Below are positions 49,469 to 62,699 of a stretch of DNA of 64,000 nt, piece after piece. The notes below the pieces were generated by a model. It ran no database searches and was not told where the DNA came from. It worked only from the letters and a program-made list of their open reading frames with translations. The position numbers were made by a program, and so were the translations under genes. The stretch spans positions 168,206,001 to 168,270,000 of the forward strand of contig JBITNC010000001.1 of assembly GCA_050084985.1 (NCBI GenBank). The letters are read 5' to 3'. Positions within the stretch are counted from its first letter, which is position 1; each line of letters starts with the position of its first letter. Source of the stretch: Nageia nagi. Lineage: Eukaryota; Plantae; Pinophyta.

Positions 49469-52400
49469 TCGCCTCATTACCCTCTGCTTTGCCATTACAT
49501 GGCTCCATCCTATGCTCCACTTGTCTCCTCTCCCTCTGCATGGCTACCATTTTTTTATTTTATTTTTTGCTACTTACTCTCACTTCCTGCACATAGAATA
49601 AGGGGGGGGGGGGTCTCATTTATTGCATTTAATGTTTACTTTGCAAGTTAATGTTGATGCATTCAATTCTTTGGAGTGGCATGAAGTATTTCTCTTAGCA
49701 TTTAACACTACTGCATTTAATATGCTATTTTTCTTGTTCCATAAGTCCTATTTTCCATCACTTCTCATTAAACTCCCTCTAACTTGAGTAAAGTTTGAGA
49801 TACAATTAAATAATGATTTTTTATTATTTAAAATAAAAAAAAGGGGAATGCATTTTTTAATTAAAAAAAAAGGAATGCATTTTTTAATTAAAAAGGGGGA
49901 ATACTATAATCTAGTAATGCTATTAAGAAAAATTGTAGAGTATTTACTTAAAATTAGAATGGATTTATACTCAAAATTTTTAGCATGCAAAATTTTTTAA
50001 GGATAAAGTATTAAGTTAAGCTAAGTATGCTATCTTTAAGGGTACAATTTTAAGTAAAAAAAAAGGAATTTGTATGAATTTTTTTACTTAAAATTTAATG
50101 CATACTTAAAGTTTTAGAACTTATATTTTTTAAGTTAAAATAATGCATGCTTATGATTAATACTTATGCTTAGTACTTAACTTTTAAGTTAAAATGATGC
50201 ATACTTATGCTTAATACTTAAATTTTATGCATGCTTAAAACTTATTTAAGATGCATGCTTATGCTTAAATGATGCATGTTTAGTACTTAAGAGTTTAAAT
50301 TAATGATGCATGTTTTAGAATTTAATCTTTATGCATACTTATGCCTAGGTATTTATCCTTTATGCAAAGTTAACTTATGCAAATTATGGAATTAATGAAT
50401 GCTTAAGTATTAACTTTTTCTTCTTGCAAAGTTAATTTGTGCAAATTATGGATCTTTGTAAAGATGTCCTCTTATGGTTAGTAAATAAAATCCATTGGAC
50501 ATTTAGATTTCAAATGGATGATGTTTTACTTATGCTCTTTTATTTCATGTTTCACACTTTGATTTATTTACTTATGCAAACAAAAATGCAAATATTGATA
50601 TGAGCAACCTTCTAAAATAAACACATCTGTATGTACATTCTACAACATGACTTTTTTTGAGAGCTATGAGATGAGAATAGGTGGATTGGAGCCTTTAAAT
50701 TCGATGATCCAAGTGGTGAAAAGTTCATACTTCTCAATTGCCCCTAAGTCCTCTATTGGTCTAGATATAACTCTATTAGGTGGATAGGCATGTGTGTAGT
50801 GATACCACATGTCCGCACATCCATTCAAAAATTATCCTAATAACTTAAGAGGACAACTTGAAACCTAATCAAGATTAATAATTTGGTCAATCCAATAAAC
50901 GTTAGAACCTTGAAAAATAGCTAGTACTTCTCCATGTGAGAGTATATTACTATCCAAGGGGAACTAATTAAAGATTGGTAGGACTTGGGCTCCTCTTATG
51001 TGGGCATATAAGTGAAAACCTAAATTTAGATAAGAAAATAAAACTCAATAATGTCACTCTACATCCATGATTCTTGAGATGAAAAATGTATTTGAGTATA
51101 TGGGTTATTATTTGAATTGTAAAACATTTGCACTTGTGAATCAAATCAAGCATATCTTTAGTGTTAAATGTAACATGTATTATTTACTTGGTTAAAGTTT
51201 AATATTTAATATTGTTTATTGAAACCAAATGCTTATTATTTCACATTCTTGTGTAGCAAATAGGAGAATCTTTTTTACCTAAACACATTCTTGATGGTTC
51301 CAACTATAAGATTTGGAAACCATGAATAAGAGTTGAATTATAGGCAAAGAAGCTTTGGCAAATAGTAAATGAAAACTTTGTACCTCTTACAGATGAAAAA
51401 GCACTAGAGGTTTACAACACAAAGAATGAGTTGGCAACCTCCATGATTTACCATGTAGTTTAAGATGATGTGCTCTTGATGATTTCCTTTTCAATCTTGA
51501 TAAAAGAAGCATGAAATAAGCTTAAGCAAATCTGCCTTGGTTTAAACATTTCAAAAAGGTATACCATTCTCCAAAAGTTACTTCACTCTTGTTAAAGGGA
51601 AGATGAAAATATGGCTATCTACTTGAATAAAATCATTGACCTAAGGATCCAACTTGTTGCTTATGGGTGCAATTGGATCAATAATGAGTTCATAGTCTTC
51701 ATCATTCTTCAAATCTTTTCTTTAAAGTTTAAAAACTTTATGATAGTTATAGAAACAAGGATTGATGATGAAAAAGAAATCATCTCCCTTGAAAACTTAT
51801 CTAGGCACCTATTGAACTATGAGAAAACTCTTAACAATAAGGTGTTGATTTCTTCTTCTAAGGATAATAACATTTCCCTTAGTGTAACCAAAACTCCTTT
51901 CAAGAAGAAGTTCAACCATCAAAAGAAATCTTATCCTTCTTCCTTTAAAATATTTGAGATAAAAAGTAATGGCTACAATAGTAGTAAGAATAATAGAAAT
52001 AACAACCATAGCAATAGAAACAACAGTTAAAACAACCACTTCAAGCAAATAGATGGAAAAGGTAAAGTAAACAATCTATATCCTAAGAAAAATTTTGATA
52101 GTAATTATAACTATTATGGCATTCAAAGTTACAAAGAAGTTTATTACTACAAAAAAAAAGAGAAAAAGAACAAAGGTAATAGAAATGTAAAGAACTATCA
52201 AGGAAAGAAGAATATTCATGCTAGTTTTGTTGTGACACTCTACTCCATGTCTTGCTCTTTTTCATTTGAATGGATTGTTAACTCTGGTTGCACTAATCAC
52301 CTATGCTTTGAAAAAAAAAAGTTTGAGAACTTTCACAAGTATAAAAAGGATGCAGTTGTGATAGGTGATAACTCTACCCTTAAAATCCAAGGAATTGGAA

Positions 52401-55321
52401 ATGTGCTGATTCACAAAAAGATTTTTAAAAATATTCTTTATATTTCTAAGTTAAGGATGAATCTTCTCTCCATGATCCAAGCTACTAGAAAAGGGTACTC
52501 TTTTGAGTTCGACACTCAATTCTGATGCATTAAAAAAGGACATGTCACTTTGGTTAAAGGATCTATGAAAGATAACCTCTACATTATGGATTAAGTTCCA
52601 TCAAAGATGTATCTTACTTCTAATGTGTGTTCTAGAGATAATATTTGGCATCATCGTTTAGGGCACTTTAACTACAAAAATATTCAAGTCATAAAAAACC
52701 AAGAATTTATGGAAGGTTTGCCTTCAATTTCTCATTCGATTGATTTATACGATAAGTGCATTCTTAACAAGATGCATAAATAAAAGTTTGAAATAGATAA
52801 GAAAACAAAAGCATCCCAATCTCTTCAACTTGTGCATTCAAATTTGATGGGTCCATTTCAAACTAAGTTGCTCGAAGGAGCATCTTACATCTTAACCTTC
52901 CTTGATGATTTTAGTAAGATGATCTTTAGGTATCTAATTGAGCACAAGGATCAAACCTTTGAGAGTTTTAAGGTTTTTAAAGCTTTTGTTGAGAATTAAA
53001 CTAACTTTAAAATCAAGATGTTGAGATCAGATAATAGAAGAGAATATAACAACAATAAGTTTAATGACTATTATACTAAGTATGGAATCAAAAGGTAGTT
53101 TACAATTCTTTACAGTTTTTAGCAAAATGATATTATCAAAAAGAAAAATAAAATAATTATGGAGATGGCTAGATGCATGTTGGGTAATCTTTCTAAATTC
53201 TTATAGGGTAAAGCTATGATCATTACTATTTACACTTTGAATAGGTGTCCCATAAAAGCCATTCAAAGTAAAACTCCTTTTGAGATTTGGTCAAAAAGAA
53301 AACCTAACATTTCACACCTTAAGGTGTTTGGTTATGAAGCATTCTCTTACATTATTTTTGAAAAAAGAAAGAAGTTAGATAAAAGAGCTAAAAAATGTAT
53401 CTTTATAGGTTATGATAGTTAGCATAGAGGTTATAGGCTCTACCTTTCAACTTATAAATCAATGTTCATTTTAAAGGATGTAAAGTTTAATGAACTTCTT
53501 GATAAATTTGCTTCTAATGAGGATGTTATTGATCTAGAGGACTTTGCACTTGCTCTTAGCTGGTTTAATATTGATGTAGATAAGTCATCTTAAGAATAAA
53601 ATTCTTCAACATAAAGGGTAACAAGGAGCATGACTTTGAACAAATTCTTAATTACTAAGATTAATAACAAGTATGAGCCCTCAACCTTCAAAGAAGCTTC
53701 TAAGCACGAGTGCTGGATGGAAGCCATGAAAGTGGAGTATGAGGTGCTTATAAAAAATAAAACTTGAAACTTGGTTTTTTATCTTAATGAAAAGAATGTG
53801 ATTGGTAATAAGTTGATCTACAAGGTCAAGTTCAATTCAATTGGAGATATTAAGAAATATAAAGCAAGGTTAGTAGCTAAAGGTTTCGCTCAAAAATATG
53901 ATGTAAATTATGAGAAAAACTTTATTTCTATGGTAAAGATGCCTGCTATGAGAGTTATTCTTGCTCTTTCTACAGGCCAAGGATGGAAAGTTTTTCAACA
54001 TAACGTCAAGAGTGCATTTTTCAATGGTGACTTAAATGTGGAATTCTTCATGAATCAACTAGAAGTGCTTATTATGGAAGGCAAAGAGTCCTTTATGTGC
54101 AAGCTAAAGAAGTCATTGTATGTACTTAAACAAGCATCTAGAGCTTGGTATAAAAAGATTTCAGGGCATTTTATAAACATTAGATTCTTCAAGTGTCTTT
54201 CTAAATCTGATCTATATGTACTCAATCAAGAAAAAGATGTGGTCTAGATTCTCCTTTATGTGGATGATCTTTTGATTACTGGAAACAATGATGAAATCAT
54301 TCAAGAGTGCATATCCAAACTTAAGGAAACATTTGAAATGACTGATCTTGATCTTTTACACTACTATCTTGAAATGCAAGTGTATCAATACAAGGATTGT
54401 ACATATCTCAATAAATTTAAGTATATATCAAATATCTTATAGAAGTTTGGAATGTAGGAGTGTAGATATGCTGCAATTCCAATCTCTCTTAGAATCATTA
54501 TTTCTCTAAGCTCCAACTCTCAGTTAGCTGATGTTATAGCTTACAGGCAATTAATTGGTAGTTGTATGTATTTGACTATATCTAGGTTAGATATTACCTT
54601 TGTAGTGAATTTGATGGCATGATTCATGCAGAACCTTATGTTAAGCACCTCAATGTTGTTAAGCAAATTTGAAAGTATGTTGCATGGACTAAGGATCTTG
54701 CTCTCAAGTATTCCAAGTTACCCTCATTTGTTCTCTCTAGATTCTCAAATTCTGACTATGGAGGAGATAGAGATGATAAGAAGTCAACCTCTACTTATGT
54801 GTTTAGCATTGATTTATGTGCTATCTCTTGGACTTTCAAAAAGTAGCCTACTATTTCTTTTTCCATCATAGAAGTTGAATATCAAACTAAGGCATCTTTT
54901 GAAAGAAATTGGGTATGAGCAAGGTGGCTCATCTTTGATCTCTTCAGATAATCAATCAATTATTTTTTTGGCTAAAAATCTTATGTTCCATCAAAAAATA
55001 AAACATGTGGAAATCCATGCCAATTTTATCGGGCAAAAGGTTCTTGATGGCATCATACACCTAGAGTATTGTCCATCCACCTTAAACTTTATTGATTTAT
55101 TCATTAAGCCCCTCTCAGAAGCTTAGTTCTATAAGCTTAGGGATGCTATTAGGTTGGTGAAGTTACCTTTAAGGGGAAGTGAAGTTTGAATTCTTGTGTT
55201 GAATTCATGTTTGTGATGATAACACTTTTAGGAGGATTTTATGCTATATAGTGTTGATTTTATTGTACACCTTTGTGGTAAGTTCGCTCTACATAACGAA
55301 CTTATTGTACAAATTAGTCAA

Positions 55322-55642
55322 TCTAGCACTATTCAGTTATCCATGTGTGAGAAACTCTTATATGTCTTTTGGCATTGTTCAATTATCCATATGTGAGAAA
55401 CTCGTATGTGCATATTCTATTTTTGGTCAATCTAGTATTGTTCAGTTATCCATGTGTGAGAAAATCTTATGTGTCTTTTGCCATTGTTTAGTTATCCATA
55501 TGTGAGAAACTCGTATGTGCATACTCTATTTTTGTTCAATCTAGCACTATTTAGTTATCCATGTGTGAGAAACTCTTATGTGTCTTTTGGCACTGTTTAG
55601 GTATCCATATATGAGGAAATCATATGTGCATGCTCTATTTTG
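55322..55642. repeat. 109-bp x3 tandem repeat (each unit has two TTATCCATRTGTGAGAAACTC cores) in the Copia 3' UTR
   Basis: TCTAG unit starts at 55322, 55431 and 55540; an inverted counterpart lies at ~41945-42125. Confidence 0.9.
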
Positions 55643-56710
55643 TAATGATAATCAACACATTTTATATATAGCAGGTAATTATAAGTTTTTTATCATGGCA
55701 TCTTCATGATGACTTATAGTGCACCATTGATCAATTCATGATGGCATTTATGTGATTCATCTATCCTTAATGAGATGAATATGTTGCATCTAATTGATTT
55801 TGTTATTTGAATTTCTTATGACTTGCAAATTCTTTTGAGATTGCAGGTTACTTACCTCAGATATGCAGGCTCTTAGAGACTCTTCATGACTTCCAATTGG
55901 ATGACTACTTCATGTACATTGAAACTAGTTGTGGTTAATGATTGTATTTGGCAAAGTAGTGAGTCTCAAACTAGATCTTTCTTACTTCATAAATATGTAA
56001 AAACTTCTCATCTTCATTGTATCTGTTTGGAGAAGAACTCTCTTACTTTCTCTTCTTCTTCTCTCTTACTCGCTCTATTCCAATATTGCATTAAAGGAGA
56101 TTATTGGAATGTATAATGCATTATTGTGAAGATTTGTATTAAATATTCTATATAAAATTCATTAATACTTAAGGTTATCATTTGATACCTTAAGTATTTA
56201 AGTGAATATGATAATGTAACTTGTCTTACACTCCATGTCATGAGCATGCCCTTTGGGTAAAAGAATGTGCATGTCATGCTTTTGTACATTAAATAAAAGG
56301 GTGATCCAAAGAGGGATTTTAGCCTATAAATAGAAAGTTCCTTTTTTATGATCACACACCAATTGTAGAGTAAAGTTATGCTATAGGATAGTGGTTCGAA
56401 GAAAAGAGTAAGAAGATTGTAAGAGAGTTGTATTTGTGATTGAAGTAAAGATCTAGTTAGTGGATGTACTCCTAGTTGGAGAAACAACTTACATCTTATG
56501 CTGTGAGATTGCTTTGTGAGTTTGTTAGATGTAATTGTGAGCTTTCATGTGATCTTGGTTGATTAAGAATTATCTTGTTAGTGTTAATTCCTTCATAAAC
56601 TAAGATATCTCATTACTAAAAGCACAAAATAATAACTTGACTAATACCTTGAAGTTAAAATGTGAATTTAGTGATAAGAAATACCTCAAACCAACTTCAA
56701 TACGCTTACA

Positions 56711-58840
56711 TGAAGATGTTGAGCCATACATAGTTGCTCAATCACACAAAGAAAATGAAAATAAAGAGTTACAAAGAAAACAAAATATTTTCTATTATGA
56801 GCACTGAAATTGGTAGCATAACATTACAATAATATTTTCTACATATTTACAAAGAAAAACTAAGTCCTATTTATAGATACAAAAGGTGGATTATTAAAGA
56901 TTCTAGGGAATATGATGAATCATAGTTTGCTCAAAGAATTAGATAAAAATATAAATGAAATCTATTATAAAAGAATGTGCATCCATGCAAGTGCATCCAA
57001 GGTACATCAGATCATATTGTGAGAATCAAGAGATCAACTACATGCTTGTAAAGGAAATAAATTTTGGTAGGTGAAAATTCAATCTTCCACATAGTAGTTG
57101 TTGGAGCAAATATGTACTTATGGAAGATGCAACCAAAATGGGAATTCAAACTTGAACATTAAATTCCTTCATTCTTCTCCTTAATATGAATGGGTTGAAT
57201 TTCAATACAATTTTGAATATGAAGAATCAATCCTTCAATAATGCTTTAGTAAAAATGTTAGTTAGTTGGTCATTAGTAGGAAAAAACTTGAATTCAAGAA
57301 ATCCATCATTCACCAAGTCTCTTATAAAATGATATTGAATATATATGTGCTTTTTCTAGTTGTGAAGCACTAGATTCTTCATCATGGCTATGGTGTTTTC
57401 ATAATGGATGGGAATGGGCTAAGAAAGTGCCATACCTAAATCCTCAAATAATTGAGCCATACAAATGGCTTATGTGTAAACAAAGAAGGCATTCATATCT
57501 TCTACTTCTACATTGGAAAGAATAACTATTTTTTGCTTCTTTTTTCTCCATGAGATGAGGGGTTTGCCAAAGAATAAGGCATACCCCGAGGTGCTCTTCC
57601 TATCATTAGGCTTCTGACCCAATCAGCATTTATATATGCTTCCAATGTCTCAAAGTCAATAGACTTATACCATAGCCCAAAAGTTGAGGAGATATGCTTT
57701 AGCCCTAGGATATATAAAGTATCATGCATGTACATGATCATACTTGTATTTGCTTTGAAAAAAATGGAGCCTTTTTTGGCAATACTGACTTGGTTATTGT
57801 CACCAAACCTCACTTTACCAATGATAATTTCCTCAAGGTTGATAAATAAGCTCTTGTTTCCAATCATATAATTGGAACAATCATTTTTCAGATACCAAAT
57901 TTGATCATTAACAACTTCAATTTTGTTATGTATTAGAAATATGTTCACATCGCCACTAGACTCTTTAGTGAAGTTGACTTTAAGTTATTTCATCTTATGA
58001 AAATATTATTATTCCATATGACTATCCTTTCCACAAAAGTCACAATACTATGATTTTGAGCTCTAGTTGTCGTTGGCTAATCGACCTCTCTATCAAGGCC
58101 ACCTATGCAACCTCTATCATCGTGACCTCTATCATGGTCTTTTGAAGAGGAGTTGGAACTGGAGGAAGTGGAATTTTGAAAATTCATTCTAAGATAAACT
58201 TGGAAAGCTTAATCAAGGTCCTCAAAACTATCTTTAATTATTTACTCATAGGTCAGTAAGTTTTTAAGAAACTCAATTAGAGTGAGTTAGGATAAGTCCT
58301 TAGACCCTTTATTATAATGGTGATGGGATCAAACTGTTGGGGAAGGCTTTAATCAAGATCTAAATTTTATTCATGAAAATTTCAATGGTCTCTCCATCAA
58401 CCATTTTACGAAATTCAAAATCTCTCCAAAGCATCTACATAATGGCTACTCTAATCTTGGAGGAGTTCTTTTAGGCACTTTTTGGTGTATCCCAAGCATC
58501 CTTTAAGATTTTGCATTCTACTTAGGGAAGATTGAAATATTTATTCTACTTTATAATGCAAATAGATCTTTGTTACCTTTCTTCCAAGTGTTCGAAAGAT
58601 CTTTTTTCTCATTTGAGTAGTGCAAATTGAGTTGTATCTACTCTTGCATAACCTTAGGAAACAAGAGTCCATAAGTCTTGAGAGATGAGAAAATTTCTCA
58701 TTTTGATGCTTCAATATTCAAAGTGCTCACCATTGAACACATGGATCGATAATTGAGAGAAATTTATATCCTTTGAATCCATTTTAACCTAATAAAATGT
58801 ACTGCTCTGATACCAATTGAAGAATTTGAGATATCACAAT
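56711..58840 (-). mobile_element. Internally deleted Ty1/Copia element (gag-protease fused to RNase H; INT and RT missing)
   Basis: Perfect Met PBS TGGTATCAGAGC (58815-58804). gag FNGEHFEY.SIKMRNFLISQDLW, then protease WYLKNDCSNYMIG, followed closely by LEAYINADW (RNase H). PPT AAGGAGAAGAA precedes a 3' LTR at ~57171-56711. Only a stub of the 5' LTR remains. Confidence 0.82.
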
Positions 58841-58969
58841 CAATAAAATAATTATCGTGGATAAATCTGAAGTAACTATGATCAAATAGGGTAATAGATT
58901 CAATCAAACATAGTTGTTGTGTTGAGGAATGGAATTATTTGATCAAAAATTGAATTATTGCAATCACGA

Positions 58970-59490
58970 ACAATGCAAAAGTCATATTAATGCACTTTGA
59001 GGCTGATGATGTTAGCAAAAGTGTAACTGCAATATAACATTGGTTGGAAATAGGGTAATATCATACTTTTGCAATGATGATATTAGTCAAAGTATTATCG
59101 TGATGTGACATAAGGAAACATTGGTATACCACATTTTACACAAGATGAAATCAACAAATATATAGTTACGATGTAGCATAGGGAGAATAATGTTGAGTGT
59201 CACATGATAAGAGTAGTAATATCAACAAAAGGATTATCGAAGTATGGCACAACATGAAATGTACTAATTATTAGGTAGCAAGACAAATGACATCAATAAA
59301 ATCTCAAAAAAAGTTTGGAAAGGCAATAAGGCATTGAATGTCAAGCAAAGATAGCGATGATGTGAACAAAAGCTTAAGTGATGTAGTAAGCTAAGGTGAG
59401 AAAAATAGAATATTATATAGATAGAATGATGATGTCAATAAAGGTATTTACATGATAAGAATTTGTAAGGCACAAAAAGGTGCAACATAG
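58970..59490. repeat. Dispersed degenerate repeat, copy 2
   Basis: Colinear with 38540-38972 plus 39481-39600. Confidence 0.72.
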
Positions 59491-59495
59491 TATTA

Positions 59496-60674
59496 TGATG
59501 AGCCATTCTAAGGCTCACTCCTCAAACATGCCCTAGGAGAGGGATGTTTGGCTTACAACTTCAAAACTATCTAGAAAAGATAAAAATTGCATAAGATATC
59601 CAACATCTAGCTAGGAATGATAGATTTAACAATAATAATTTGAAATTCTCACATAAACCCAACATCTAGCTAGACTGCAACTATGATTTTGAACTTGCAA
59701 AAAATTCCTTCAAATCTCCAATATCTCAATTAGGAAGCAAAAATAGGTTTTCAGCTATGCAAATATACTTTTAGATCCAATGTCACACTTAGGGAGCAAA
59801 CAAAGATTCCAACAATGCAAAACTACTCCACAAACTCAATGTCCAAGCATAATAAGATAAATAGCAAGATTTTGATAAAATAATATAATTGTATTGATAA
59901 GACAATTATAGAAGCATAATTACAATATTTTTATATACCTAAGGATCTTGTACCAAGACTACTTCCAATAGGGTTATGTTGGATAGCTCTAGAGCCTCAC
60001 TAATCCCAAAAGTAATGAGGCATAGACCAGGTCTCCTCTTCAACAATTATGATGGAATAAACAACGTTCTTCTCAAGATGTATTGAATAGTTAAGGTTAG
60101 CCTCTTCTCACCTTAATACTTGAAATAAAAATTTCCCTACAAGTGGAAAAGATAAAGATTCCACTCAATCCAAAAAAGAGGTTTAATAACAATAATCAAC
60201 ATATGTCATAAAGATAATGAGTCCTCCTTTTATAGGCAAGGGTGATCATCTTCTACTCTTGCATTGAGATGATACAATAGTAGAGAGATGTGATCTATGT
60301 GGTCATGTATGCAATGTTCAAGATGAGGAGCCTTAGGATGGATGAAATCACATCTAAGGATCAAGAATGCCAACATCTAGGAGGGGATGATTCTATAATG
60401 CCTTGTGATCAGTTCCATAGGTCCTAGTGCCAAGGAGGGTCAACATGAGATCTTGGGATGCTCACATTCCCAATGTCCATGCTAGGGAGCCATCCATTTA
60501 CCTTGAGATTACCAATGATTAGTTTTAAGTACTACTTCTAGCCTTAGAGCTCCAAATAACCTCATAGTCACTGCAATCACCTAGGGGGATGCTCTACCTT
60601 GAAGAGGCAAGCAATAATGACTAAAGATACATTAAATACTAATATTACAATAATCTAGGCTAAAATATGCAACA
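59496..60674 (-). mobile_element. Probable ~1.2-kb LTR
   Basis: TG...CA ends (TGTTGCATATTTT on -) and TATA-like CTATAAAAGGAGG on -. No convincing TSD or partner LTR in the window. Confidence 0.45.
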
Positions 60675-60949
60675 TCTCATTTAAGGAGACTAATATTGCA
60701 TTTACAAATATAATTATCTTTATATTACAAATACATCATTATTGATATTTAGTAAAAATAAATCTTAGACTAAAGAGTGATTTTTAAGGAATCATAACCA
60801 TGTATACATTGCTAGACAATAGATATACATGAGGAGCATGAATAAAATAGGGTAATAGAAGGCCCTTACAAAGACTACTACTAACTAGGATATTACAATA
60901 ATGCCAAAGGTATATAATCCTATAAAAAATATGTAAATAGAAATTAAAT

Positions 60950-62100
60950 GTTTTTCCATTTAAGCCAAAGCATCCTCTAAGATCTTCTCAATAGCCTCAA
61001 TGATACAAATTATCGCCTACATCATCCCTTTGATAATCCTATTATGGTTGTGATCCAATCAGTTCAACTTATGTATGCTAGCAGCTTCCATAGGTTCCAC
61101 AACTACCTCAACCTGGGTGTTGTCATCATTTCCATCCATTGGATTCTCTGAGCCCTCTTCCTCCAAAGCAATGTCCTCCTTGCCTTGCTTAGGCTCCTCA
61201 GCCTCCTCCTCAATTGGTTCCTCCAAATTTTCATCCTCTAAAGACTCAAAATCCTTCAAGGTCAAATAAACCACCATCGATCCCTTAATCCTCCATGTGG
61301 GTATCTTTTCAAGAGTCCATTCTACATTCTCTAGCTTTGTAAGTTTAGCAAGTTTAGGGATCATTGCACCTTTGGGTGCACTTTGCTTTTTTGACCCTTG
61401 CATTTTTGACCCTTCTTGCATCACCGCCATAGGAAGCAGGGGCTTACTTAGGTTGAACTTCTCCTACAGACCCCCTTCAATATCACATGCTTAAAAATCA
61501 TGTTAATGAGCCCTTGGTGGATCAAAACATCGCACCTTTTACATTATAAATCCTTTGCCAACTTATCTAATACTGCATACAAAAAAGCTAGAATATTCAT
61601 CTTCCATCCCTGCATGTGGTTCAGAAATACAAAATGGAAACTACTAACCTAATTATTAGAGTTTTATAGAGTGATATATTACATGATAACCATCGCAAAT
61701 TTTTCCCATGGAGTAGGTAGGGCATCTCAATCCACACCCATATGGTCTCTTGGTAGTTTGTACTCGTTGCGATAGAATTGCAACAACTTTGCTTTGAGGT
61801 TGTGATTGTATCGATGAACAGTCTCATCGCATATGAATAGATCCATAACCTCAACCAATATTACTTGGTTCACTTTAAAAGAAATACCAAATGCATCAAC
61901 CATGCCCCCTTTCCAGCTAGTTTAAAATTGCCTTGACAACACTTCATCATGATCGTTAAACCTTTCCAAGAAGGATAAAAGCCCTCCTTCATCCAACACC
62001 TTACGCACTAACTTCGATACAATTAGAACCTTCAAATACAAAGGAGCTTCACACTTTCTCTTAGGTTATTGGGGATCCATACTCAAATCATAACTTGTAG
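60950..62100 (-). mobile_element. Remnant of an accessory ORF of the kind found in large Gypsy-type elements (plant transposon protein-like, acidic tail)
   Basis: Minus-strand LSFLERFNDHDEVLSRQF..SWKGG.V.AFGISFKVNQ followed by a K-rich then E-rich tail. Family assignment is by recollection only. Confidence 0.45.
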
Positions 62101-62699
62101 AGATCAAATTTCTAGCCACTCATACAAAAGATGCCAAAGGTACCTCAAGTTCTCTTATGCTGAAGGGACATTAGGAGCTTGTGAATAATATCCAAATCTA
62201 AGCTGATGCATGGGAGACATGCTGTAGAGGGAAGATCCACCACAATATTATCACCATGTATCCTTGGGTAGGGATTGGTTTACATCTTTATCAAATCATT
62301 ATTATCCTCACAACACTTGTTATGGTCACACGTCCCATTGCCCCTTCCACTACACCAAGTCTTAGTTAAGTCTGTGAGGTCATGGGGTGTTAAACTAATT
62401 ATTACTCCAAGTGTTCATTTAGAGAGATGATTACGTTGAGGTGGTAAGGTTTCCAACTGGCTACACATAAGTAAGCTTACTCGATAAGGCCACATCATAC
62501 ACACTTTGGCTACCTCCAATAGTTGCCACATATGAAAATTCAAAAACACCCATAAAAAATACATCTGAGTGACACTCCAACCCGTATCCACTAGTAGAAT
62601 CTATTTCTCAAAATACCTCTAGGCTGAATTCCCTCAATCCATCACCACCCTTAGATATCAACACCACCACTTCTTTAAGAGCTTACTAAAGGGTAGGCT

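Larger units (their letters stand above)
39822..56595 (+). mobile_element. Ty1/Copia element (outer): LTRs 39822-40315 and 56102-56595, pseudogenised gag-pol ~51258-55190
   Basis: 494-bp LTR pair; PBS-like TGATATCAAAGC after 40315; PPT AAAGGAGA before 56102; TSD CAAAC/TAAAC. Motifs ILDGSNY (gag), WIVNSGCTNH (protease), WHHRLGH (INT), YKARLVAKGFAQ and LYVDDLL (RT), KHVEIH (RNase H), with many stops. Confidence 0.93.

Noticed and set aside
55322-55642. Regularly spaced repeats superficially like a CRISPR array
   Set aside because: The spacers are themselves repeated (109-bp higher-order unit), the array lies in a Copia 3' UTR, and there are no cas genes in this eukaryotic context.
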